32,000 bases of DNA from an uncultured Akkermansia sp. GTDB taxonomy: Bacteria; Verrucomicrobiota; Verrucomicrobiia; Opitutales; Opitutaceae. Where the stretch lies: positions 1-32,000 of the forward strand of contig CBINGR010000003.1 of NCBI GenBank assembly GCA_966250295.1. Direction: 5' to 3'. This document shows, one piece after another, positions 1 to 9,003 of the stretch (positions are counted from its first letter, which is position 1; each line of letters opens with the position of its first letter). The notes under the pieces are model-generated. The model worked only from the letters and a program-made list of their open reading frames with translations, did not search any database and was not told where the DNA came from. A program made the translations under genes and the position numbers.

Positions 1-2
1 CC

Positions 3-515
3 GACGCCGCCACCGGCGGCAATGAGACGGGGTTGCTGTATTACGGCTTCAGATACTATAATCCTTCCACGGGGCGGTGGCCAAACAGGGATCATCTGGG
101 TGAAGAAGGCCATGAATTGCTTGCGCCTTCGCTCCAGAGATCGACGCATAGATTTGCAGAACTTCTGCCGGAAGGACCGAATCTTTATACCTTTGTCCGA
201 AATAATCCGGTAGTTTTGTATGATGGCGACGGGCGATTCGCTCCGGTTATTATTGTTGGTGGCGTAGCTATTGGAGCACTGGAAGCAGCAGCGGCAGCAG
301 CAGGTATTGGGGTAGCTGCTTGTGCGCTTAGCCCAGAGTGTCGCGCCGCTGCCGCAGAGATCGCCGGGAAGGCAGCAAGAAAGGCTTATTGTAACGCCAT
401 ATATGCTGCCGATATTGCGGCATGTAATTTACTATGCAGCAAAAAGGACCGCGCTTTGTGTTATCAGAAGGCCATTGAGGACTGGGGTAGTTGCATGGCG
501 GCAGGAGGTTACTGA
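3..515 (+). CDS. RHS-family polymorphic toxin, 3' end only (5' part lies outside the window): RHS repeat-associated core followed by a short C-terminal toxin domain
   Basis: The frame is open to the window edge. The translation DAATGGNETGLLYYGFRYYNPSTGRWPNRDHLGE is the hallmark RHS repeat-associated core motif. The core ends at NNPVVLYDGDG (nt 201-233), a variant of the PxxxxDPxGL boundary. The 93-aa tail (nt 234-512) has a Gly/Ala-zipper hydrophobic helix (VIIVGGVAIGALEAAAAAAGIGVAA) and 7 Cys. Confidence 0.85.
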   Translation, partial: DAATGGNETGLLYYGFRYYNPSTGRWPNRDHLGEEGHELLAPSLQRSTHRFAELLPEGPNLYTFVRNNPVVLYDGDGRFAPVIIVGGVAIGALEAAAAAAGIGVAACALSPECRAAAAEIAGKAARKAYCNAIYAADIAACNLLCSKKDRALCYQKAIEDWGSCMAAGGY

Positions 516-517
516 GA

Positions 518-796
518 ATGGACAATACAGTATTTGCATATCGAGTGTTGAGGAAATCTGATGGCGCCAGGTGCCTGGCTAAAATTTTTGCTCCGATTGA
601 GGGAGATGTTAATTGGTCGTGCCGGGTGGAAATCGAAGGTTCTGAATTGGCTGTCAACACAGCCTATGGAATCGACTCCCTTCAGGCGCTCAAGGCGGGC
701 ATTATAATGCTTATTGCGGAACTCAAGTCACTGGAGGCAACAAATCCAAAAGATTACACTTGGGAGGATGAAGATTGTCTTACCATCGGCCTTTGA
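518..796 (+). CDS. putative cognate immunity protein for the RHS C-terminal toxin
   Basis: ATG 518 lies 2 nt after the toxin stop (TGA 513-515), and AGGAGG at 503-508 gives good SD spacing. The product is 92 aa with no obvious TM segment or signal peptide. It sits in the same low-GC block as the toxin tip. The call rests on the position rule for polymorphic toxin systems, and I recognise no family. Confidence 0.6.
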   Translation: MDNTVFAYRVLRKSDGARCLAKIFAPIEGDVNWSCRVEIEGSELAVNTAYGIDSLQALKAGIIMLIAELKSLEATNPKDYTWEDEDCLTIGL

Positions 797-1479
797 AGGG
801 AATGTCGGCGGCGCGGTCGTCGCCGTTTGCGTCGCAATAATACAAACCATATCCTCGCAGACTCGGCGGCACAGGTCACGCCAGCCCGCCGCCGAGCCGC
901 TGGGCCGTCATGCCCTCTGCTTGCTCCGTCGCGCGCTCCGTCCGCTAGAGTGTAACCCCGCCGGGGAACGGCCCACGCGGCAAGAATGCCGCGTAGAGGC
1001 GGCGCTCCTGTAAGACCCGCGCCGGCACGTCACGGCCGCCGTCCGCTGCGCTCCCACCGGCCGAGTCGTGCCCGTCCTGGAGTGACCGGCGGGGACCCGG
1101 CTGCGCCCGGCTGATCGGGCACCCCCTCAGTCGCCGGGGGCCGGTCGGTCTGGCACCCGGCCGCGCGGCGGGCCGGTCGGGGGTCGCCCTCGCGTCCTCT
1201 GGCGCGGCCGCGTCAGCGGTGCGTCCTCTATCGTCTCCACTTCGTCGGGCGCAGAGGGACCGTATGGCGGTCCGAGCCGAAAGGGCCGATTTCTGTTAGG
1301 TCCGGCCTCCGGCTTCCCCGGCTTCGTCACTGGTTTGCGGCCCATGATTCATGCACAGCGAGGAGTTCATTCGGACGGCGAACAGCCGTCCATGCGAAGT
1401 CAGGGCGACGGGCGTGCGGTCGAAGAGGCGGGATACACGAAGGGAGGCGGGCTGGCGAACGGGTCGCTGGCGCTTTCCG

Positions 1480-4400
1480 TCAGGGCAGGGTGGCGCGGAC
1501 GCGGAGGAACTGGCGTGGAGAAACATCCAGGGACAGGGCGGAACGGGCCACGACATCCTCGAGACCGTTGCCCAGCGGGCTGGCGGAGACCTCGAGTGCG
1601 GCGGAGGGTGCGGCGAAATCGGGCAGCTCCGCGACCTGCGCCGCGACGGTCACGCCGCCGCGCACCTGGCGGCGCGGGTAGCGTATGGCGGGGTAGACCT
1701 TGTTCTCCACTGTCACGGTGAGCGCCTCGATGGGCGAGGCGCCTGCGGTGCCCGGTTCGGTGCCGAGAACGAATTCGAGCAGGCTGGCGGAGCCATCCCC
1801 ATCGGGATCGGCCAGGGCGGAGGCGGTATTGGCCGCGAAGCCCCGCGCGACCAGCCAGTCGTAGAGCGGCGCCACGGCCGTGCCGTCGTCGGTGACGGTG
1901 AACTGGAGGCTGGTGCCGGTAAGCGTGAACTGGCCCTTCGCATAACCGAGGCCGGTGAAGCCGAAGTCGGACGCGGCGAAGGTAGTGGAGCCGAAAGTGA
2001 GGAGCGTGTAGGGCGTGCTGGCGGCGAGCGTGCCGGGAGTGAAGGCGAAGACGAAGGCTCCCGAGCCGTCCTTGGTGAGAGCGCCGGTGATGGCCAGACG
2101 ATCGCCGGCTGAGCCCAGATTGAAGGCCAGGCGACCTCCCGCGCTCCAGCGGGCGCCGCCGGTGGCGGAAAGGGTGCCGGCGGAGGCGCCGCCAGGGGAG
2201 ACCGTGCCGCCGGACAGCAGGGTGAGGGGCTTGGCGGTGGCGCCGGTGCCGGTGAGGGTGCCGCCGCTGGCGACTGCGAGCGAGCCGCCGGAGGCGAGCG
2301 AGCCGTTGAGGTGGAGCGTGCCGGCGCTCACTGTCACGGCGCCGGTGAAGGTGTTGGCCGCGGAAAGGGTGAGGGTGCCGCCGCCGGTCTTGGCGAAACC
2401 GCCCGTCCCGGAGAGCACGCCGCCGAGCGTGAAGTCGAAAGCGGAGCCGGCGGGGTTGCCGGCGCGGAGGAAGGTGTTCGAGGAGGTGCCGGCGAGGACG
2501 AGAGGGTGGGTGGTGCTCCAGTTCGCCAGCGCGCCGAGGGTGCCGCTGTTCAGCGTGATCGTGCTGGCCAGGCCGTTCGTGCCGTTTTTCACGATGCCGC
2601 CGGCCCCCAGGCTGAGTTCCCCGTTGGTGACGGACACCGTGGCGGAGCCGGCGGTGACGGCGGAATCGTAGCCGAGGGTGAGCTTGGCGAGGCTGGCGGT
2701 GCCGCCGGTGATGAGGAGCTTGGAGACGTTGTTCGTGTTGGTGCCGCGATTGCGCGACATGACCAGGCCGTTGGTCGCGCCGGTGACGGCGAGTTCGCCG
2801 CCGCTGAGGTAGATGACGCCGCCGCGGCTGGCGGTGCTTTGGTAGCCGTTATGGAGCGTGTCGGTGACGGTGAGCTTGCCGCCGGAAACCGTCATGCCGC
2901 CCCAGGAGTCGCTGGTGCCGAGGCCGATGTTGGCGAAGGTGGCCGTGCCGCCGCTGACGAGGACGCCGGTGCCCGAGGTCTGGCCCTCGGAGTCGCCGCT
3001 GCGGGGGAAGTTCATGTCCTTGCCGGTGACGGTGCCGCCGGTGACCTTGAAGAAACTGTTCCGGGTATTGGAGGGGACGATGTTCTGGAAACTGGCGGTG
3101 CCGCCGCTGACGATGACGCCGGTGCCGGTGCCCGAGGTCCAGGAGACGTTGCCCGCCGTGGTGAAGGCGCCGCCGGCGACGCGGAGCTGCTGCGAGGTGG
3201 AGATGGTGACCGAGGAGGGCGAGAGCGTGCCGCCGGGGCCGACCTGCACGATGCCTTTGCCGATGGTGAGGGTGCCGGTGATGGAATTGGGGCGATTGAG
3301 CTCGAGGGTGCCGATGCCGGTTTTGGTGAAACCGGAGGAGCCGGCGAGCGCGACGGCCAGATGGTGCGGATAGGCGGCCGCGGCGGGCACGTCCGTGGTG
3401 TCGCCCGCCTGCGTACTGGCGGCGTCCACCTGAATGGTGCCGGCAAGGGCGATGGTGCGGCCCGATACGCCGCCGTCGGAAATGGTCCAGCCCGCGGGCG
3501 TGGAGTAGTCGGCGTCGCCGAAAACCAGGCGGCCGAGGGTCCGGCTCGAATCGAGGATGACCGAGGTGTCGGCGGTGAGGTCGCGCAGGCTGAAATCGGC
3601 GGTCGCGCCGCTGCCGCCGGCGATCAGGCCCCCGTCCCAGTTGGTGGAATCGCTCCAGAGTTCGCCGTCGTCGGTGGAGATCCAGACGGCACTCCCGGCG
3701 AGGCGCACGGTGTAAGTCTGGCCGGAGGTGTAAGCGCCGGAGACGGCGTTGCCCGCGAGGTCGACGATGCCGGTGCCGCTGGCGTCGAGGTTGAGGCGAA
3801 CCGTGCCGTCGCCGGAGAGGTTGGTGACGGTGACGTCGTAAACGGTGGAACTGACGGCGGCCAGCGCGCCCAGGGTGCCAGCGGTGCCGGACAGGGTGAG
3901 GTTGAAATCGGCGGCGTCCACGCCGGTGACAGGTTCGGCGAAGGTAACGCGGAAGACGACGGTGCCGCCGTTGGTGGAGTAGGTGGCGGGGTTGAAACGT
4001 TTGATCGACGCGATGGCGGGCGCGGTGGTGTCGACGGTGACGATGAAGGCGGCGGAGGCCGGGCTGGCGGTGCCGCCTTGGGAGGCGGTGGCGGTGAAGG
4101 CGTGGCTTCCGGCGGGGAGGGCCGTACCGTAGGCGAAGGAAAACGCCCCGCCGGCGGTCGCGGTGGCGGAGCCGATTACGCCGACGCCGGCGCGGGTGAG
4201 GGACACGGTGGAGCCGGCGGGGGCGGTGCCGGAGAGCGTGAGGGTGGTGTCGTTGGTCAGCCGGTCGGAGGCGGAGGCGCCCGAGTCGGTCGAGATCGCC
4301 GTGAAGGCCGGCGGCGCGATGGCGGTGTTCACGACGTAGGCGCTGGAGACCGGACCGGGGTTGCCGGCGAGATCCGTGGCGGTGGCGGTGAACGAGTGCG

Positions 4401-6150
4401 TGCCGGCCGCGAGCGGCGTGCCTGTGTAGCTGGCGGTCCAGTTGCCGAGCTCGTCGGCGGTGGCGGTGCCGACGGTGGAGCCGTCGAGGAGAACGCTCAC
4501 GGCGTCTCCGGGGATGGCGGTGCCGGAGATGGCGAGGCTGGGGGAGAGCGAGACGCTGGTGACCGCCGGTGCCGGCGCGGCGACCGTATCGACGCGGACG
4601 ACGAAGGCGGGCGAGGGCGGAGTGAGCACGGAGGCGACCGTGGCGGTGGCCTGAAAGGCGTAAGTGCGGTCGGCCAGGGTGGCGCCGGTGTAATCGTAGG
4701 TCCAATGGCCGGTGCCGTCGGCGGTGACGGTGCCGAGCAGGCCGGTGTCCGCGCGGGAAATCGCGACGGAGGCGCCGGCGGGGGCGGTGCCTCGGAGGAC
4801 GAGGGTTTGGTCGGAAGTGATGCGATCCGCGCCGGAGGAGCCGGTGTCGGTGGTGATGTCGTCGAGGGTGGCGCCGGGGATGCCGCCGGGGACGAGGGCG
4901 TTCACGTAGCGCTCGATGTTGAGGTAGCCGTCGGCGCCGAGCGTGGTGGCGTCGGCCACGGCGGGGTTGGTGCCGGCGGCCTGTTCCCACCAGTCAGGCA
5001 TGCCGTCGCCGTCGGCATCGGAGGCCTTGAGGCCGGAGGCGACGGTACCGATGCCGCCCATCTCGGCTTCGTCGTAGATGAAGACGCCGGCCGCGCCGTA
5101 GGAGCGCGCCTCGGCCACGACGTAGTCGTCGGTGCGGTCGCGGCGGTGCGAGGCGCCGGCGTGGTCGAGCACCCAGGCGAGGGCGGCGGGCGCGGTGAGC
5201 TGGGTGGTGGGCGCGGGGTAGGCGAAGCGGGTGCCGACGAGCTGGAGAGTGGAGAAGCTGGAGTTGGTCACGGCCACCCCATCGAGGATGCCGTCGAGGT
5301 CGAGGTCCTGGAGGTTGCCGGAGTGGAAGAGCCGGTAGTTGGTGTTGCCGCTCTTGAAGGGCGAGGTGCCGGCGCCGGACTCGGGGCCGCCGATGAAGTA
5401 GCAGTTGATGACGTTGGCGTAGGAATCGCCGGCGGAGTCGCCGGCGGGGATGTAGCCGCCGCCGCCGCCCCAGTTGTAGACGACGTTGTTGATGTAGTCG
5501 TTCACGCCCTTGACCTTGGGATTGCGCATCCAGTTGTCGGCGTAGAGCGTGCGGAAGATGCTCACGCCGCCGGAGGTCTGCATGAGACCTCCCCCGGAGT
5601 GGATGCGCAGGCCCTGGGCGATGAGGCAGTCCTGGAGGGTGATGCGGATGGCATCGTCGCCGCTGATGGAGAAGGTCTCGTCGCGTCCCCAGGAAGCGGA
5701 TACGTGGTCGAAAATCAGGTCGCTGCCGTTGGCGAGGCCGACGGCGTCCGCGCCGTCGTCGCCGTCGATGCCCATGCGGAAGCGCATGTAGCGGCAGATG
5801 GTGTTGTCGGCGCCGGAGAAGGACACCCGGTTGCCGTAGACGGTGATGCCGCCGCCGGGGGCGGTCTGGCCGGCGATGGTGAGGCCGGAGGCGAAGACGA
5901 GGGGGGTATTGATCCGGATGATGCCGCCCACGTCGAAGACGATCACGCGGTTGGAGGTGCCGACGCCGGTGCGCAGCGACCCGGCGCCTGAGTCGTTGAG
6001 ATTGGTGACATGGTAGACCGTCGGGCTGGCAGAGGCGCGGGCACCTTTGGCGTTGGCACCGAAGCCTTCCGCGCCGGGAAAGGCAGGCAGGGCAAAGGCA
6101 GTGGCTGCGGCCGACAGGAAGGCCAGCACGGAGATCGGGGCGACTCGCAT
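1480..6150 (-). CDS. giant secreted multidomain protein (1556 aa): pectate-lyase-like beta-helix, Ig-like repeats, autotransporter-associated beta-strand (PATR) repeats
   Basis: Signal peptide MRVAPISVLAFLSAAATAFA. The N-terminal ~340 aa carry PL1-like motifs (LIFDHVSASWGRDE and NWMRNPKVKG, i.e. RxPxxR-like). A DADGDGMPDWWE calcium-type motif follows. Repeated Ig-like units have the form ITSDQTLVLRGTAPAGASV / LTNDTTLTLSGTAPAGSTV. The long Gly/Thr-rich region has GGGTLTLSAANTFTGAVTVSAGTLHLNG-type PATR repeats. The C-terminal region contains DPDGDGSASLLEFVLGTEP. Confidence 0.9.
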   Translation of the reverse strand: MRVAPISVLAFLSAAATAFALPAFPGAEGFGANAKGARASASPTVYHVTNLNDSGAGSLRTGVGTSNRVIVFDVGGIIRINTPLVFASGLTIAGQTAPGGGITVYGNRVSFSGADNTICRYMRFRMGIDGDDGADAVGLANGSDLIFDHVSASWGRDETFSISGDDAIRITLQDCLIAQGLRIHSGGGLMQTSGGVSIFRTLYADNWMRNPKVKGVNDYINNVVYNWGGGGGYIPAGDSAGDSYANVINCYFIGGPESGAGTSPFKSGNTNYRLFHSGNLQDLDLDGILDGVAVTNSSFSTLQLVGTRFAYPAPTTQLTAPAALAWVLDHAGASHRRDRTDDYVVAEARSYGAAGVFIYDEAEMGGIGTVASGLKASDADGDGMPDWWEQAAGTNPAVADATTLGADGYLNIERYVNALVPGGIPGATLDDITTDTGSSGADRITSDQTLVLRGTAPAGASVAISRADTGLLGTVTADGTGHWTYDYTGATLADRTYAFQATATVASVLTPPSPAFVVRVDTVAAPAPAVTSVSLSPSLAISGTAIPGDAVSVLLDGSTVGTATADELGNWTASYTGTPLAAGTHSFTATATDLAGNPGPVSSAYVVNTAIAPPAFTAISTDSGASASDRLTNDTTLTLSGTAPAGSTVSLTRAGVGVIGSATATAGGAFSFAYGTALPAGSHAFTATASQGGTASPASAAFIVTVDTTAPAIASIKRFNPATYSTNGGTVVFRVTFAEPVTGVDAADFNLTLSGTAGTLGALAAVSSTVYDVTVTNLSGDGTVRLNLDASGTGIVDLAGNAVSGAYTSGQTYTVRLAGSAVWISTDDGELWSDSTNWDGGLIAGGSGATADFSLRDLTADTSVILDSSRTLGRLVFGDADYSTPAGWTISDGGVSGRTIALAGTIQVDAASTQAGDTTDVPAAAAYPHHLAVALAGSSGFTKTGIGTLELNRPNSITGTLTIGKGIVQVGPGGTLSPSSVTISTSQQLRVAGGAFTTAGNVSWTSGTGTGVIVSGGTASFQNIVPSNTRNSFFKVTGGTVTGKDMNFPRSGDSEGQTSGTGVLVSGGTATFANIGLGTSDSWGGMTVSGGKLTVTDTLHNGYQSTASRGGVIYLSGGELAVTGATNGLVMSRNRGTNTNNVSKLLITGGTASLAKLTLGYDSAVTAGSATVSVTNGELSLGAGGIVKNGTNGLASTITLNSGTLGALANWSTTHPLVLAGTSSNTFLRAGNPAGSAFDFTLGGVLSGTGGFAKTGGGTLTLSAANTFTGAVTVSAGTLHLNGSLASGGSLAVASGGTLTGTGATAKPLTLLSGGTVSPGGASAGTLSATGGARWSAGGRLAFNLGSAGDRLAITGALTKDGSGAFVFAFTPGTLAASTPYTLLTFGSTTFAASDFGFTGLGYAKGQFTLTGTSLQFTVTDDGTAVAPLYDWLVARGFAANTASALADPDGDGSASLLEFVLGTEPGTAGASPIEALTVTVENKVYPAIRYPRRQVRGGVTVAAQVAELPDFAAPSAALEVSASPLGNGLEDVVARSALSLDVSPRQFLRVRATLP

Positions 6151-6304
6151 AGGGGGCCGACGATTAGGAAGATGACTGCGGGAAGGAGCAGTCCCCCGGG
6201 GATTCGGACAGTCATATCCGAGTGTATTTGCGTAGCGGCGGTGGGACCTTGCGGGGAAGCCCTGCGATCTTGCGCGGTCGCGGGCGGGGGCCTAGGCCTC
6301 GCCG

Positions 6305-7045
6305 ATGTTTCCGACCCACAATGGCTCCGTCCGCATCTTCCGCTTCTCCGGCATCGACGTGTTTCTGCACTGGTCGTGGTTCGCGGCGCTGTACTATTTT
6401 TCGCAGCCCGGAGGCGCCCATTACACCTCGCCTTGGTGGAACCTGGCGGAGTGTCTCGTCCTGTTTCTGATCGTGTTGTTGCACGAGTTTGGCCATTCGC
6501 TGGCCTGCCGCTCGACCGGAGGCCGCGCGGAGCAGATCGTGCTCTGGCCGTTGGGTGGCGTCGCCTACGTGGCCCCGCCGCAGCGGCCGGGAGCACAGTT
6601 GTGGAGCATCGCGGCGGGGCCGCTGGTCAATGCCGCCCTCGTGCCGGTGTTTTACCTCGGCCTGAGGGTCGTGGCAGGCCGCGGTCTGGATGAGGCGTTT
6701 CCCGATGCTTATAAATTCCTGGAGCAGATTCAGAACATCAACCTGGCGCTTCTGATCTTCAATTTGCTGCCGGTCTATCCGCTCGATGGCGGGCAGATCC
6801 TGCGCTCGGTGCTTTGGTATTTCCTGGGGCCGGCAACGAGCCTGTTGGTCGCCGCGTGCATCGGTTTCGCCGGCGGAATCGCGCTGGTCGCCTATGGGCT
6901 GAGTACGGGCTCGTTCTATCTGGCGATCATCGCCGGCTTTTTGTTTCTCAACTGCGTGGGAGGCTTTCGTCACGCCCGCGCGCTTCGCGCCCGTTTGCGG
7001 GAGGAGGGCCGCGTCGACGGCGGCCCGCCTTCGTTTTCGGCCTGA
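6305..7045 (+). CDS. site-2 protease family (peptidase M50) integral-membrane zinc metalloprotease
   Basis: HExxH motif in LLHEFGHSLA and the second M50 motif NLLPVYPLDGGQILRS. Multiple hydrophobic helices are present. It is divergent from the giant gene. Confidence 0.9.
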   Translation: MFPTHNGSVRIFRFSGIDVFLHWSWFAALYYFSQPGGAHYTSPWWNLAECLVLFLIVLLHEFGHSLACRSTGGRAEQIVLWPLGGVAYVAPPQRPGAQLWSIAAGPLVNAALVPVFYLGLRVVAGRGLDEAFPDAYKFLEQIQNINLALLIFNLLPVYPLDGGQILRSVLWYFLGPATSLLVAACIGFAGGIALVAYGLSTGSFYLAIIAGFLFLNCVGGFRHARALRARLREEGRVDGGPPSFSA

Positions 7046-7197
7046 GCGGGCTGCGTCTGCATCCCGTTTACAGAGCCGCCTTGCCGGTAAACACCCATGA
7101 GCGCCGGCGATTCAGTCCTTGAGTAGCCAGGGGGCATGGCCTAGCCGATGGGCCTTTGTTTTGACGAATTTTTGCAAACAGCTCACCTCGTAAATCC

Positions 7198-9003
7198 ATG
7201 CAACTTCTTCAGCCCAGCAGGTCAGCTCGCAAGGCGAAGCGAAAACGGCTGTTCGTGATCTGGGGCGCGTTGCTGGCGCTGGCGGCGGGGGGGCTGGTGG
7301 CGAAGGATCCCTTGATGCGGCGCTACCGTTACTGGAAACAGGCCCGGGCACTGGAGCAGGCTCGCGATTTCGTGGCGAACCGCGATGCCTTGAACGCGCA
7401 ACTGGCGCTGGACGTCGCGCTCAAGGCGGTGCCGAGCGATGCGGAGACGATCCGGGTCGCCGCCGATATTCTCGAGCAGGTGGGGGCGCCGCAGGCCATG
7501 CGCCTGCGCCGGGCGGTCACGCAACTGTTGCCCGACTCGGCGGAAGATTCGGCCAAGCTGATTCTGAGTTGCCTGCGTTTTCGTGATTTCAATGCGGCCA
7601 AGGATGCGCTCTCCGGCGCCTCTCCGGCGCTGTCCGAGCAATTGCCCATGATGAAAGCCGCGCTGGCCTACGCGCTCGCCACCGCGGACTCGGCGGTGGC
7701 CGACGCCCTCCTGGCCGAGCTCCGGCGGCGTCTGCCCGACGATGCCGACTTGGTGTATGCCCAGATGCTCCTGCACCTCCGGCATCCCGACGAGGCGAAA
7801 CGCGCCGAGGCCCGCCGGCAACTCGATGAAATCGCGCGAACTCATCCCGAACGGGCGGCGCAGGTGAACCGCGAACTCGCGGGAGTCGCGCTTCAGGCCC
7901 GCGATTACGAGGAAGCCCGCAGGCGTTTCGACGCCGTTCTGGCGGATCCCGGAGCGACGCTCAACGACCGCCTGCAGAAAGCCAACCTGGCCCTCCTCGT
8001 CGATCACGTCCCCTTCGAAACCGTTTATGCCGAGCTGGCTCCCCTGGCGGTCAAAAGTCCGGCCGACGCGGCTCAGCTCGCCCGCTGGCTGCAGGTCCAG
8101 ACCCGCACCGTCGAGGCGGAACGGCTGCTGGCGTCCCTGCCGGAGGAGTTTCGCAAGGAGAGGGAAGTGCGCGCCGTCCAGGCCGATCTGGCCGCCCAGG
8201 CCAAGGACTGGGATCGCCTCGCTTCGATGATCGAGGCGGGGGCCTGGGGCGACATCCCGGCGGAGAGCGTGCGCCTTGCGATGTCGGCGCGGGTGGTCGG
8301 CACGCAGGGCAACACCGCGCTGCGGCTCGAGATCTGGGACGCCGCGATCCAGGCGGCCGGGCCCAGCATTTCGGCGCTGGGGGTCTTGCAACGGCTGGCC
8401 AGCCTGTGGGAATGGAGCAAAGAGGCCGAAAACACACTCTGGACACTGGCGCGTGCCTTTCCCGACCAGACCTGGGCGCACCAGGCCTTGTTCAACCTCT
8501 ACAAGGAACAGAAAAACACCGCCGGCATGCGCAATGTCCTCGTGGCGCTGCGCCAATCCAACGGTGCCGTCCCCCGTTACCAGCACGACTGGGCGCTGCT
8601 CAGCCTGCTTCGCGATCCCAGCCTGAGCTGGAACCCGGCCAAGGAGACCATGAAGACCCTCCACGAGCAGGATCCGGGCAATGCGACCTATGCGACGGGC
8701 TACGCTTTTGCCCTGGCCCAGTCGGACCGGTTCAGGGAGGCGCTGACCGTCGCGCTGACCATTTCGGCCGAGGACCGGGAGTTTCCGCCTCGATTGCCCT
8801 ACATGGCCTACGTTCAGGCCATGGCGGGGAAGCGGGAGGAGGCGCTGCGCCTTCTGGCCCTCGCGGAAAAGGCCGGGGTGGACTATCTGCCGGAAGAACG
8901 AAAACTGCTTTCCCAGGCGGGCGAAGCCGCGATGCGCCAGGCCGGCTCGCCTCGCCCCAAGCGTGAGGAAAAACCCGCCGGCGCTCCCGCGGTTTCCAAA
9001 TGA
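7198..9003 (+). CDS. single-pass membrane-anchored helical-repeat (TPR-like) protein
   Basis: Basic N-terminus followed by a TM segment (KRKRLFVIWGALLALAAGGLVA). The remaining ~560 aa are Ala/Leu/Arg-rich helical repeats. Its stop overlaps the exosortase start (ATGA at 9000-9003). The TPR assignment is by composition and periodicity only. Confidence 0.7.
   Translation: MQLLQPSRSARKAKRKRLFVIWGALLALAAGGLVAKDPLMRRYRYWKQARALEQARDFVANRDALNAQLALDVALKAVPSDAETIRVAADILEQVGAPQAMRLRRAVTQLLPDSAEDSAKLILSCLRFRDFNAAKDALSGASPALSEQLPMMKAALAYALATADSAVADALLAELRRRLPDDADLVYAQMLLHLRHPDEAKRAEARRQLDEIARTHPERAAQVNRELAGVALQARDYEEARRRFDAVLADPGATLNDRLQKANLALLVDHVPFETVYAELAPLAVKSPADAAQLARWLQVQTRTVEAERLLASLPEEFRKEREVRAVQADLAAQAKDWDRLASMIEAGAWGDIPAESVRLAMSARVVGTQGNTALRLEIWDAAIQAAGPSISALGVLQRLASLWEWSKEAENTLWTLARAFPDQTWAHQALFNLYKEQKNTAGMRNVLVALRQSNGAVPRYQHDWALLSLLRDPSLSWNPAKETMKTLHEQDPGNATYATGYAFALAQSDRFREALTVALTISAEDREFPPRLPYMAYVQAMAGKREEALRLLALAEKAGVDYLPEERKLLSQAGEAAMRQAGSPRPKREEKPAGAPAVSK

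Noticed and set aside
2311-5991. Very long alternative-frame ORFs overlapping the giant gene (2311-5991 +, 1226 aa; 2849-4990 -, 713 aa; 1351-2112 +; others)
   Set aside because: Their translations are Gly/Ala/Arg/Asp or Arg/His/Pro low-complexity strings, typical of off-frame reading in high-GC DNA. The 1480-6150 minus frame has a signal peptide and recognisable domains along its whole length.
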